Source: an uncultured Chloroflexia bacterium
GTDB taxonomy: Bacteria; Chloroflexota; Limnocylindria; Limnocylindrales; CSP1-4
Assembly (NCBI GenBank): GCA_963778805.1
Contig: CAVZVT010000005.1
Coordinates: 26,385 to 90,384, forward strand
DNA length: 64,000 nucleotides
Direction: 5' to 3'
The notes under the pieces are model-generated. The model saw nothing but the letters and a program-made list of their open reading frames with translations. It searched no databases and was not told where the DNA came from. Positions 28,844-39,805 of the stretch are shown here, in pieces. Numbering within the stretch: the first letter of the stretch is position 1; every line of letters begins with the position of its first letter. The translations under genes were made by a program, and so were the position numbers.

Positions 28844-28865
28844 GCGTCAGCCGGAGTCATCCATG
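28844..28865 (+). repeat. Copy 1 of exact 22-nt direct repeat GCGTCAGCCGGAGTCATCCATG
   Basis: Identical to 28967-28988. Contains GGAG + 6 nt + ATG (28863). Confidence 0.95.
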
Positions 28866-28966
28866 CGTGCGTTGCGATCTTGCGCGCGCTCGCTCACGCA
28901 CCGTCGGGTGCGCTCGCTCCCGTGCTCGACCGCGCCTTCGCCTGACCGACCCGGGCTGACGCCCAC

Positions 28967-28988
28967 GCGTCAGCCGGAGTCATCCATG
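28967..28988 (+). repeat. Copy 2 of exact 22-nt direct repeat GCGTCAGCCGGAGTCATCCATG
   Basis: Identical to 28844-28865. Its ATG (28986) is in frame with the copy-1 ATG, 123 nt downstream. Confidence 0.95.
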
Positions 28989-28996
28989 GGGCCGCG

Positions 28997-29948
28997 ATGA
29001 CGTCGTTGCGCGGGCGGGACCTGCTGAGCGTCGCGGATCTGTCCGCGGCCGAGGTCGATCGGGTCTTTGCGACCGCCACCAGACTCAAGGGCGAGTACCG
29101 CACGTCGCGCCGGCACGCGCCACCGCCGCTGGTCGGTCGCACGATCGCGATGCTCTTCCAGAAGCCGAGCCTGCGGACACGCGTGACCTTCGAGGCCGGC
29201 ATGGCCCAGCTCGGCGGTCATGCGATCTACCTCACCAACGACGTCGTCCTCGGAGCCCGCGAGAGCGTCCGCGATGTCGCCCGCAATCTCGAGCGGTTCG
29301 TCGACGGCATCGTCGTTCGGACGGGTCCCCAGGAGGTCATCCTCGAGCTCGCCGCGCACGCGGACATCCCGATCATCAACGGCCTGAGCCTGCGGGAACA
29401 TCCGTGTCAGGCGCTCGCCGACGTGTTCACCATGCGCGAGCACTTCGGCGACCTCCGCGGTGTCTCGGTCGCCTTCATCGGTGACGGCAACAACGTCTAT
29501 CACTCGCTGGCCCTGCTCGGCGGGGCGATGGGGATGGAGATCCGGCTGGCCCATCCCGGACGGCTACGCGCCCAACGAGCGCATCGTCGCACGCGCCCAG
29601 GAGCTGGCCGCCTCGACCGGCGGTCGTCTGGTCTTCGGTCATGATCCCCGCGAGATCGTCCGAGGGGCGCAGGTCGTGTACACCGATGCGTGGACCTCGA
29701 TGGGCCAGGAGGCCGAGGCCGAGGAGCGGCGCGATGCCTTCGCGGCCTACCAGGTCGACGACGCCCTGCTCGAGATCGCCGGCCCGGATGCCGTGGCGAT
29801 GCACTGCCTGCCCGCGCATCGCGGTGAGGAGATCACCTCGTCGGTGATGGACGGACCGCGTAGTCTGATCTTCGATCAGTCCGAGAACCGGCTCCACGTC
29901 CAGAAGGCGTTGCTGGTCGAGCTGCTCGCAGGGGAGGACGAGTCGTGA
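28997..29948 (+). CDS. argF: Ornithine carbamoyltransferase (one surplus base near 29558 as sequenced)
   Basis: MTSLRGRDLLSVADLSAAEV...MLFQKPSLRTRVTFE...HPCQALAD...FIGDGNNVYHSLALLGGAMGMEIRLAHP in frame 2. DGYAPNERIV...VVYTDAWTSMGQE...AMHCLPAHRGEEI...SENRLHVQKALL in frame 0. Confidence 0.93.
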
Positions 29949-30862
29949 GCGAGGCGCTCTATGAGCAGTACAAGGACGCGCTGCGGCGTGGTCACGCGGC
30001 GTCCCTGCGCGGCGACTTCGATGCGGCGATCGGCGCGTATCGCGAGGCAGCGGCCATCGCCCCGGACCGCGCGATGCCGCAGGCCAGCCTGGCGGGCGTG
30101 CTCGCCCGGACCGGGCGGATCAGCGAAGCGCTCGCCGCGTACGACGTCGCGCTGACCCGACAGCCCGAGGATGAGGCGTCGTTGCGCGGACGGGCGGAGA
30201 TGCTCGCCATCGCGGGTCGTCGGGCCGAGGCGGCCGAGACGCTCGACAAGCTCGCCGACGTGCTGGAGCGGGACGGCCGGCTCGTGGACGCGTGCGACGT
30301 CGCCCGGCGGGCGCTCGAGCTCGCTGAATCCCGGGCGCGACGACAGGGTCTCGAAACGATGGTCGCGCGTCTGCGCGAATCGGGGGCCGACCCGACCGCC
30401 GATGCGCTGGCGGAATCCCTGGGGACGCTCGACGGCCCAGCCCTCACCGGCGCGCGTGGGCCGGCCGCGATCGAGGCCAAGCGCGACCCGCGCCGCCCGG
30501 TCCTCGCGGCAGCAGCGGTCCTCGCCGCGGCCGCCGAAACGGCCCTCGACAACGGCGATCTGGACGAGGCCCGTCGCTGCTACCTCGAGGCGTCAGCGGC
30601 GCAGCGTTCGATCGGGAATCTGCATGCCGCGCTCGACCAGTGCTATCAGGCGCTCGCGATCGCCCCAGCCGGTGGCGACGTGCATCTCGCCCTGACCGAG
30701 CTCTATCTCGATCGAGGGTGGCGCGTTCCGGCGGCGGACAAGCTGGTGCTGCTCGGACGTCTCTCGGAACTCGGTGGCGACGACCTGACGCGCGCCCGGC
30801 TGTGCACGCTTGCGGCCGACCGGTTCCCGGATGACACGCGCTTCGCGGCGATCTGCGGCTGA
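29945..30862 (+). CDS. TPR-repeat protein, function unknown
   Basis: 305 aa, GTGA overlap with the argF stop. Repeated helical A/L/R-rich TPR-like units (AIGAYREAAAIAPDRAM...ALAAYDVALTRQPEDE...). Confidence 0.7.
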   Translation: MSEALYEQYKDALRRGHAASLRGDFDAAIGAYREAAAIAPDRAMPQASLAGVLARTGRISEALAAYDVALTRQPEDEASLRGRAEMLAIAGRRAEAAETLDKLADVLERDGRLVDACDVARRALELAESRARRQGLETMVARLRESGADPTADALAESLGTLDGPALTGARGPAAIEAKRDPRRPVLAAAAVLAAAAETALDNGDLDEARRCYLEASAAQRSIGNLHAALDQCYQALAIAPAGGDVHLALTELYLDRGWRVPAADKLVLLGRLSELGGDDLTRARLCTLAADRFPDDTRFAAICG

Positions 30863-30901
30863 CCCAGCCTGCGCTGACCCGCCGGCCGCGACCGGGGGCG
30901 A

Positions 30902-30910
30902 TGCTACACT
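30902..30910 (+). promoter_or_regulatory. Extended -10-like element TGcTACACT 9 nt upstream of the cdaA ATG (possible near-leaderless transcript)
   Basis: AT-containing hexamer in GC-rich spacer, with no SD between it and ATG 30920. Confidence 0.3.
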
Positions 30911-30919
30911 CGCGCGACG

Positions 30920-31861
30920 ATGACGCAGCTCCTCGGATCGATCCTCGAGCAAGTCAGCCTGACCACCGTGATCGACGTGGGGATCACGGCACTCCTGATC
31001 TACTGGCTCTTCAGCCTGATCCGGGGGACCCGGGCGGTCCGGCTGGTGATCGGCGTCAGCGTCCTGATCGTGGTCTATGGCCTGGCCGTGGCGTTCAACC
31101 TCGTCCTGCTGACGCGGATCCTCCAGGGCGGCGCTGTGGTCGGCGCGTTCGCCCTGGTCGTGGTCTTCCAGCCTGAGTTGCGTCGGGCGCTCGAGCGCAT
31201 CGGGCGCGTCGGCTCGTTCGCCTGGCTGATCTCCCCATCGGAATCGCGGGTCTCGAGCCATGTCGCGACGGAGGTCGCGAAGGCCGCGGCCGGTCTGTCG
31301 GCCGATGGCCATGGGGCCCTCATGGTGATCGAGCGCGAGACCGGGCTGGAGGAGGTCGCCGAGACCGGGGTCATGATCCACGGTGATGTCTCGGCGGACC
31401 TGCTGCGGACGATCTTCGCGCCACGGACCGCGCTCCATGACGGAGCGGTCATCATCCGGACCGACACGATCCTCGCGGCGGGTGCCGTCCTGCCGCTTGC
31501 CGAAACGAGCGTGCACACGGAGCGGTTCGGGACGCGCCACCGGGCGGCGCTCGGCATCGCCGAACAGACCGATGCGCTGGTCGTGGTCGTCTCCGAGGAG
31601 AACGGCCAGATCAGCCTGGTCGAGCGGAGTCGGATCGTCCGCAACCTGAACGAACCGCAACTCGTCGCGGCCCTCCGGACCTTGCTCGATCCCACATCTG
31701 GCCGGCGAGGCTCGCTGGCCTGGCGGAATGGGGGCACGGGTGGTCGGGCGCCTCGGGTCAGCGATCTCGGTCGCATCGTCGGTCGAACGCCGGAGGCCCC
31801 GCCGCGGGTCGCGCCGGATGATGAACCTGCCAAGGCGGCGGCCGCTCAGGCGCCGCGGTGA
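30920..31861 (+). CDS. cdaA: Diadenylate cyclase CdaA (membrane-anchored)
   Basis: 313 aa. Three N-terminal hydrophobic helices, then a DAC domain with ...ALHDGAVII... and ...GTRHRAALG... motifs. Confidence 0.92.
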   Translation: MTQLLGSILEQVSLTTVIDVGITALLIYWLFSLIRGTRAVRLVIGVSVLIVVYGLAVAFNLVLLTRILQGGAVVGAFALVVVFQPELRRALERIGRVGSFAWLISPSESRVSSHVATEVAKAAAGLSADGHGALMVIERETGLEEVAETGVMIHGDVSADLLRTIFAPRTALHDGAVIIRTDTILAAGAVLPLAETSVHTERFGTRHRAALGIAEQTDALVVVVSEENGQISLVERSRIVRNLNEPQLVAALRTLLDPTSGRRGSLAWRNGGTGGRAPRVSDLGRIVGRTPEAPPRVAPDDEPAKAAAAQAPR

Positions 31862-33117
31862 CCCGACTCCTGCGGGTCGTCGTCCACAACTGGCCCCTCA
31901 AACTCGCCGCCGTCGGCCTCGCGTCACTCCTGTATGCCGGTCTCGTGCTGTCGCAGAGCACCCAGACGTTCCCCGGGATCGTCCCGGTGCGGGTCGTGGA
32001 TCAGCCGTCGGACACGGTGTTGCTCACGTCCATCGACCCGGTGACCGAAGTCCGCTACTTCTCGCCATCGGGCGCGGTGCCGATCACGTCGACCTTCAGT
32101 GCCACGGTGGATGTCAGTGACGTCACGCCCGGCAGCGGTCCGGTCTCGGTCCCGGTGGTCGTGACCTCGGTCGACGATCGCATCAACGTCATCGGATCCA
32201 CCCCGGACGTCGTCACGGTGCAGCTCGACAGCCTCGTCACCCGCAACGACGTCCCGGTCATGATCGACTACGGGACGCCACCCGACGGGTTCGAGGTGGG
32301 CGAGGTCGTGGTCGAGCCCTCGACGGTCTCGGTGTCCGGTCCGGCGACGGTCGTCGACAAGATCGTCGGCGTCCGCGGCACCATCCAGATCCAGACGTCC
32401 GGGATCAGCGTCGACCAGGACGTCCTGCTCACCCCGGTGGACTCGGTGGGCGACGCGGTCAGCCCGGTCAACGTGGATCCACGCACCGCACGAGTGAAGA
32501 TCCCGGTGTTCGAGAACCGGCGGTCACGGACGGTCCCGGTCCGACCGGTGATCACGGGCACGCCGGCGGCCGGCTTCGAGGTGGCGTCGGTCACGGTCCT
32601 GCCGACCGCCGTCACGGTCCAGGGTGGCGCCGAGCAGCTTTCCGAACTCGCGCAGGCCGACACGGAACCGGTGTCCGTGACGGGCGCCTCGAGCGACATC
32701 TCGACGACGGTCGGTCTGGCGCTGCCGAGTGGCATCGTGCCGCTCGATGACGCCCCGGTCGCGGTCACGATCACGCTCCGGCCGGTGACGTCGACCCGGA
32801 CCTTCGAGGCCGGGCTGCGTCTCGTCGGTGCCCGGAGCGACCAGACCTACGACCTCCCCGTCGACCGGGTGTTGGTCACGATCGGCGGCTCGGTCGCCGA
32901 CCTGGATCGACTCCAGGGTTCGAGGCTCGTCGCCGACCTCGACGTCACCGACCTCGAACCCGGCACGTCGAACGTGCCCGTGACCCTCGATCTGCCCGCC
33001 GGTCTCACCCTCGTCTCAGCCAGCCCTCCGACCGTGTCCGTCACGGTCACCGGTCCGGCCCTGCCATCGAGCTCACCCGGTCTGGTGCCCGCCTCGCCCG
33101 CACCGAGCGGGGGCTGA
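31858..33117 (+). CDS. cdaR: CdaA regulatory protein CdaR (YbbR-domain protein)
   Basis: 419 aa, GTGA overlap with cdaA. N-terminal TM segment followed by repeated V/T/P-rich beta-type YbbR-like modules. Conserved position between cdaA and glmM. Confidence 0.8.
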   Translation: MTRLLRVVVHNWPLKLAAVGLASLLYAGLVLSQSTQTFPGIVPVRVVDQPSDTVLLTSIDPVTEVRYFSPSGAVPITSTFSATVDVSDVTPGSGPVSVPVVVTSVDDRINVIGSTPDVVTVQLDSLVTRNDVPVMIDYGTPPDGFEVGEVVVEPSTVSVSGPATVVDKIVGVRGTIQIQTSGISVDQDVLLTPVDSVGDAVSPVNVDPRTARVKIPVFENRRSRTVPVRPVITGTPAAGFEVASVTVLPTAVTVQGGAEQLSELAQADTEPVSVTGASSDISTTVGLALPSGIVPLDDAPVAVTITLRPVTSTRTFEAGLRLVGARSDQTYDLPVDRVLVTIGGSVADLDRLQGSRLVADLDVTDLEPGTSNVPVTLDLPAGLTLVSASPPTVSVTVTGPALPSSSPGLVPASPAPSGG

Positions 33118-33119
33118 CG

Positions 33120-34451
33120 ATGGCCAGGCTGTTCGGCACCGACGGCATCCGGGGGGTGGCCAACGTCGACCTCAAGCCCACCCTGGCCTTCGCGCTCGGC
33201 CGGGCCACCGCCAACCGGCTCGTCGGACCCGGCGGCGCCATCGTGGTCGGTCAGGACACGCGACGATCCGGCGACATGTTCACGGCGGCCATCGCCGCGG
33301 GCGCGAGCAGCCTCGGCGCCGATGTCCATCTTGTCGGCGTGGTCCCGACACCGGCGCTCGCCTTCCTCGCGGGATCCGGACCGTTCGCCGCCGGCATCAT
33401 GGTGTCCGCCTCGCACAATCCCGCGGACGACAATGGCCTCAAGGTGCTCGATGGCGCGGGTCTCAAGCTCGACGATGCGGTCGAGGATGAGCTCGAGCAG
33501 CTGGTCTGGCGCTCCGATGACCTCGGGGGCGCGACGAACGCCAGCCTGGGTCGGATCGTCGTGCGCGACGACCTCATCGACCAGTATCTCCAGCACCGTC
33601 TGGCCCTGGCGGCCAGCGTCGGCGCGGGTTCGCTTCGGCTTGTCCTCGACGGGGCGAACGGCTCCGGCTCCTTCCTCGGACCCGAGATCCTCCGGGCGAC
33701 CGGGGCCACGGTCGAGACGATCCACGTCGAACCCGATGGGATCAACATCAACGTCCGCTCGGGGGCCACCGATCCGGCATCGCTCGCCGCGTTCGTCGTC
33801 GAGCGCGGCGCGGACGTCGGCCTTGCCCTCGATGGTGACGCCGACCGACTGATCGCGGTGGACGCCGCGGGGCACGTCGTCGATGGCGACCAGATCCTCG
33901 GGATCCTCGCGCTGGATCGACTCGCCCGGGGCGCGCTCGCGGGTGGGGTCGTCGTCTCGGTGCTCTCCAACGGCGGGCTGCAGACGGCGGTCGAAGCGGC
34001 CGGCGGTCAGGTGGTCAGGACGCCGGTCGGGGACAAGTACATCCTCGAGGGGATGCAGGTGTCGGGCGCTCGTCTCGGTGGGGAGAAGAGTGGCCACGTG
34101 ATCGACCTCGACCACACGACCTCGGGCGACGGCATCGTCACGGCCCTCGAGGTCCTCCGCGTCATGACCGCGAGCGGGATCCCACTGGCCGAACTGGCCG
34201 CCCGGATCCCGATGCTGCCACAGCAACAACGGGCCGTGAAGGCACGTCACAAGGACCAGTGGGAGGCCGATCGGGCGCTCCAGGCGGCCATCGCGGCTGC
34301 GGCGACCCGTCTCGGACCGGCCGGCCGCGTCCTGGTTCGGCCATCGGGCACGGAACCGGCGCTGCGGGTCATGGTCGAGGGGCCGGATGCGGCGCTCGTC
34401 ACGGAGCTCGCCGACGCGCTCGCGACCCTTGCGGGGGAGCGTCTAAACTAG
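33120..34451 (+). CDS. glmM: Phosphoglucosamine mutase
   Basis: 443 aa. MARLFGTDGIRG... with phosphoserine loop SASHNPADDNG. Confidence 0.96.
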   Translation: MARLFGTDGIRGVANVDLKPTLAFALGRATANRLVGPGGAIVVGQDTRRSGDMFTAAIAAGASSLGADVHLVGVVPTPALAFLAGSGPFAAGIMVSASHNPADDNGLKVLDGAGLKLDDAVEDELEQLVWRSDDLGGATNASLGRIVVRDDLIDQYLQHRLALAASVGAGSLRLVLDGANGSGSFLGPEILRATGATVETIHVEPDGININVRSGATDPASLAAFVVERGADVGLALDGDADRLIAVDAAGHVVDGDQILGILALDRLARGALAGGVVVSVLSNGGLQTAVEAAGGQVVRTPVGDKYILEGMQVSGARLGGEKSGHVIDLDHTTSGDGIVTALEVLRVMTASGIPLAELAARIPMLPQQQRAVKARHKDQWEADRALQAAIAAAATRLGPAGRVLVRPSGTEPALRVMVEGPDAALVTELADALATLAGERLN

Positions 34452-34521
34452 CCCCGGTGCCCACCCATCGGAGTCACCACGGCCGATCCGCGCGGCGGCG
34501 GCGAACGGAGGACGTGACCGG

Positions 34522-36354
<1,833 letters not shown>

Positions 36355-36357
36355 GGG

Positions 36358-36945
36358 ATGTCCGACGGCGACGAGGTGCTGGGTGCGGGCATCGTCCCGC
36401 CCGGGACGACCGAGCTCGGCATCGACATCATCAAGGTCGACCGGATCCGCGACACCCTGGCCCGGTTCGGCCAGCGGTTCACCGATCGCGTCCTGACCCC
36501 GGCCGAGCAGCGCTACGTCCGCGGTCGCCCGGAGACGATGGCCGGCCGGTGGGCCGCCAAGGAATCGGTGTCGAAGGTGCTCGGTCTCGGAGTGCGCGGC
36601 ATCGGGTGGAAGGACATCGAAGTCGAGCGGTTGCCCACGGGCCAACCGGCGGTCCGTCTCCATGGGCGAGCGGCTGCACGGGCGGAACAGCTCGGGATGG
36701 GCCGCATCGCGCTCTCGATCACCCACGAGGCCGAATACGCGGTCGCGATCGCCTTCGGGATCCGGACGGCGGGCGGCCGATACGTCTTCCCGCCCGATAT
36801 CGATGCCCGGCTCGATGACCGCGAACGATTGATCCTGGCGCGGATCGAGCGACTGCGGACGCTGGCCACCGAAGCCGGCGCCGAAGGTCTGGCCTCCGAT
36901 GCGCCGCGACCCGCGGACGATGCCGTGGAACGTGCTCGTGGCTGA
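36358..36945 (+). CDS. acpS: Holo-[acyl-carrier-protein] synthase with ~65-aa C-terminal extension
   Basis: 195 aa. ...LGIDIIKVDRI...WAAKESVSKVLG...ISITHEAEYAVA... Confidence 0.85.
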   Translation: MSDGDEVLGAGIVPPGTTELGIDIIKVDRIRDTLARFGQRFTDRVLTPAEQRYVRGRPETMAGRWAAKESVSKVLGLGVRGIGWKDIEVERLPTGQPAVRLHGRAAARAEQLGMGRIALSITHEAEYAVAIAFGIRTAGGRYVFPPDIDARLDDRERLILARIERLRTLATEAGAEGLASDAPRPADDAVERARG

Positions 36946-37022
36946 GCGCGGCAGTCCGGTCGGGTTCGGGCGGCGACCGTCGCGACGCGGCTCCGGAGGA
37001 GCGAGAGACCGATCGCCAGGTC

Positions 37023-38042
37023 GTGCCCGATGGCGCGGTCCGCCTCGATGACGACATCGTCGGGGCCCTGCTCCCGGAGCGTCCGGTCCGCGGCCACAAG
37101 GGTTCGTTCGGCAAGTTGCTCGTGATCGCGGGCTCGCTCGACTACGCAGGAGCGGCGCTGCTGGCCTGTCGGGCGGCCGGTCGAGCGGGTGCCGGTCTCG
37201 TGACCCTCGCGGTGCCGGAGTCGCTCCAGCCACTGTTCGCGGCCAAGGTCATCGAGGCCACGACCATGGCGCTGCCGGAGGATGATGTCGAGGAGGTCGA
37301 CCCCGAGCCCGCCCTGGCGAGGATCCTCGATCATGAACACGATGCGATCCTCCTCGGCCCCGGACTGCGACCGGGCCTGGCGACCGCAGAGCTCGTCCGC
37401 GAGTTGTTCGCCACGCCGGGACCGGATACGGCCCCGATCGTCCTCGATGCCGAAGCGCTTCGCTCGCTGGCCACGACCGATGGATGGTGGGATGGGGATC
37501 GACGGCCGGCCGTCCTGACGCCGCACGCCGGCGAGTTCGCCCGGTTGCGGGCGGGGAGTGGTCTCGATCCGGCGGACGACGGTGACCTCGTCGACGACGA
37601 TGCCGCCCGCGTGGTGGCCGCCCGGGATGCAGCGGCCCGCTGGGGTCAGGTGGTCGTGCTCAAGGGCGCGGCCACCGTGATCGCCGCGCCGGATGGTTCG
37701 GTGGCGATCGCACCGTTCGAGAACCCGGCGCTCGCGACCGGTGGGACCGGAGATGTCCTCGCCGGGGCCATCGGCGCCCTGCTGGCCCAGGGGCTTGAGC
37801 CGTTCGCCGCGGCTCGGCTCGGCGTGTACCTCCACGGCCTTGCGGGGGAAGCGGTCCGCGAACGATTCGGGGACGCCGGGCTCCTGGCATCGGATCTGCC
37901 GGACGGCCTCGCGGTGGCCCGCAAACGGCTGGCCGCGACCGCCGAACGACGGCAGGCCCGAGGTCGGCTCGGGTTCGGGGCGCGCGTGGAGGGCGACGCC
38001 GCCGCGATGGACCCCGGGACCACGTCGACCGAACCGGCGTGA
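37023..38042 (+). CDS. nnrD: ADP-dependent NAD(P)H-hydrate dehydratase (YjeF C-terminal-type, stand-alone)
   Basis: 339 aa, GTG start. ...RPVRGHKGSFGKLLVIAGSLDYAGAALLA...GGTGDVLAGAIGALLAQG... Confidence 0.88.
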   Translation: MPDGAVRLDDDIVGALLPERPVRGHKGSFGKLLVIAGSLDYAGAALLACRAAGRAGAGLVTLAVPESLQPLFAAKVIEATTMALPEDDVEEVDPEPALARILDHEHDAILLGPGLRPGLATAELVRELFATPGPDTAPIVLDAEALRSLATTDGWWDGDRRPAVLTPHAGEFARLRAGSGLDPADDGDLVDDDAARVVAARDAAARWGQVVVLKGAATVIAAPDGSVAIAPFENPALATGGTGDVLAGAIGALLAQGLEPFAAARLGVYLHGLAGEAVRERFGDAGLLASDLPDGLAVARKRLAATAERRQARGRLGFGARVEGDAAAMDPGTTSTEPA

Positions 38043-39268
38043 GACCGTCGATCGAAGCGCGGCTCGGGGCCGCCGGTCTGCCAGCGCTCCCCCGGACCGC
38101 CTGGCTCGAGATCGACCTCGATGCCATCTCGGCGAATCTGGGGACCCTGCGCGACGCGGCCGGTCCGGGGGTGCCCATCCACCCGGTCGTGAAGGCCGAC
38201 GCCTACGGACACGGCGCGGTCCAGGTGGCGCGCGCGCTGGTCACGGCCGGCGCCGACGGATTCTGTGTCGCGACCCTCGACGAAGCCATGGCGCTCCGCG
38301 GCGGCGACGTCCAGGCGCCCGTGCTCGTGATGTACCCGATCCCGCCGGTCTGGGCCTCGGACGCCGCCAGCGCGGCGATCGCCGTGACCGCGGGGGACCT
38401 CGGACTCCTTCGCGCCACGCTCGCTGCGCTCGGACAGCCGGAACGCCCGTCCCCACTCAGGATCGAGCTCGAGGTCGAGACCGGTCTGGGCCGCGGTGGC
38501 TTCGATGCCGACGGACTGCTCCTGGCGGCTCGGGCGATCGAGGACGCACCGGAGGCGGTCCTGGCGGGCATGTGGACCCACCTACAGGCGCCCGAGGACC
38601 CGGAGCGGACCGCGCGTCAGCTGACCCGCTTCGACGCCGCGGTGGCTCGCCTTCGAGGCGCGGGGATCGAGCCGCCTCGCCGACACGCGACCGCGAGCGG
38701 CGGACTCGTCTCGGGCGGGGTCGTCGCCTACGACGGTGTGCGACCGGGTCTGGCGATCTACGGCCTGCTCCCCGATGAACTCGATGCGACGCAGCGCGCG
38801 ACCGTCGTGGCCGAACGTCTGCGACCGGCTCTCTCCCTGCACGCCCGGCCGGTCCGGGTGGTCGACCTGCCGGAAGGCTGGGGGATCAGCTACGGTCCGA
38901 CGTTCGTGACCGATCGGCCAAGCCGCATCGCGACGCTGCCGCTCGGCTATGGCGACGGCTGGTCGAGAGCCCTGTCGAACCGGGCGTCGGCGCTCGTGCG
39001 TGACCAGCGCGTCCGGATCGTCGGGAATGTGGCGATGGACGCGATCATGGTCGATGTCACCGACGTCTCCGGGCCGCCCGTGACGCCCGCCGACGAATTC
39101 ACGCTCATCGGTGAGCAGGGGACCGAGCGGATCACGGTCGGCGAGCTGGCGCGAACGCGCACCACGAACAGCTGGGAAGTCGTGACGAACATGGCCGCTC
39201 GCCTACCTCGGGTGTACGATGCCGCGTCCGGACTGGTCGGTCTGCGCACGCTCACCGAGCGAAGTTGA
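38039..39268 (+). CDS. alr: Alanine racemase
   Basis: 409 aa, GTGA overlap. PLP-lysine motif HPVVKADAYGHGA. ...LPLGYGDGW... Confidence 0.94.
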   Translation: MRPSIEARLGAAGLPALPRTAWLEIDLDAISANLGTLRDAAGPGVPIHPVVKADAYGHGAVQVARALVTAGADGFCVATLDEAMALRGGDVQAPVLVMYPIPPVWASDAASAAIAVTAGDLGLLRATLAALGQPERPSPLRIELEVETGLGRGGFDADGLLLAARAIEDAPEAVLAGMWTHLQAPEDPERTARQLTRFDAAVARLRGAGIEPPRRHATASGGLVSGGVVAYDGVRPGLAIYGLLPDELDATQRATVVAERLRPALSLHARPVRVVDLPEGWGISYGPTFVTDRPSRIATLPLGYGDGWSRALSNRASALVRDQRVRIVGNVAMDAIMVDVTDVSGPPVTPADEFTLIGEQGTERITVGELARTRTTNSWEVVTNMAARLPRVYDAASGLVGLRTLTERS

Positions 39269-39274
39269 GGGCAC

Positions 39275-39805
39275 GTGGCTCGTATCGAACTGTGGAATGG
39301 CGACATCTGCGACCTTGAGGTCGATGCCATCGTCAACGCCGCCAATGTCTCGCTCTGGATGTCCACCGGCGTCGGTGGCGCGATCAAGCGCGCCGGCGGC
39401 GACTCGATCGAGTTCGCGGCGGTCCGTCAGGCACCGGTCCCGCTCGGTGGCGCCATCGTGACCACCGGCGGCACGCTCGCCGTCCGCGCCGTCATCCACG
39501 CCGTCTCGCTCGATCACGAACGACGCACCACCGCCGAGGTCATCGAGGCGGCGGTCCGGTCCGCCATGACGCGCGCTCGAGAGCTCGGGATCGCGAGCAT
39601 CGCCTTTCCGGCCCTCGGGACCGGGGTCGGCGGCTTCCCGTTGGAGGAAGGCGCCCGCATCACCGTCGAGACGGTGCGCGACGAACTGCCCTCGTGCCCT
39701 ACCATCGACCATGTGATCTTCGCCTTGCGTGGCCAGGCCGCCTACGAAGCCTTCGCCGCGGCCGTGCACGCGTCGGGACCCGTCGCGACGGTCGTCGGCG
39801 CGTGA
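39275..39805 (+). CDS. Macro-domain protein (MacroD/YmdB-like ADP-ribose / O-acetyl-ADP-ribose hydrolase)
   Basis: 176 aa. ...DAIVNAANVSL..GVGGAIKRAGG...IAFPALGTGVGGFP... Confidence 0.85.
   Translation: MARIELWNGDICDLEVDAIVNAANVSLWMSTGVGGAIKRAGGDSIEFAAVRQAPVPLGGAIVTTGGTLAVRAVIHAVSLDHERRTTAEVIEAAVRSAMTRARELGIASIAFPALGTGVGGFPLEEGARITVETVRDELPSCPTIDHVIFALRGQAAYEAFAAAVHASGPVATVVGA

Larger units (their letters stand above)
28842..29000 (+). promoter_or_regulatory. Candidate structured leader / translationally coupled uORF upstream of argF
   Basis: GGCTGACGCCC (28954-28964) is complementary to 28842-28852 (long-range helix) or, for its first 9 nt, to 28967-28975 (local hairpin). A 45-codon ORF 28863-29000 ends with TGA overlapping the argF ATG (ATGA). 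Confidence 0.35.

Noticed and set aside
28863-29000. The 45-codon ORF upstream of argF as an ordinary protein-coding gene.
   Set aside because: Its composition (Arg/Ser/Pro/Thr-rich) is like off-frame translation, and it is not plausible as a folded protein. It is retained only as a possible regulatory uORF within the leader finding.
34452-34521. glmS ribozyme upstream of glmS.
   Set aside because: The spacer is only 70 nt, too short for the ~170-nt ribozyme, and it shows no recognisable core. glmS probably continues the glmM transcript.
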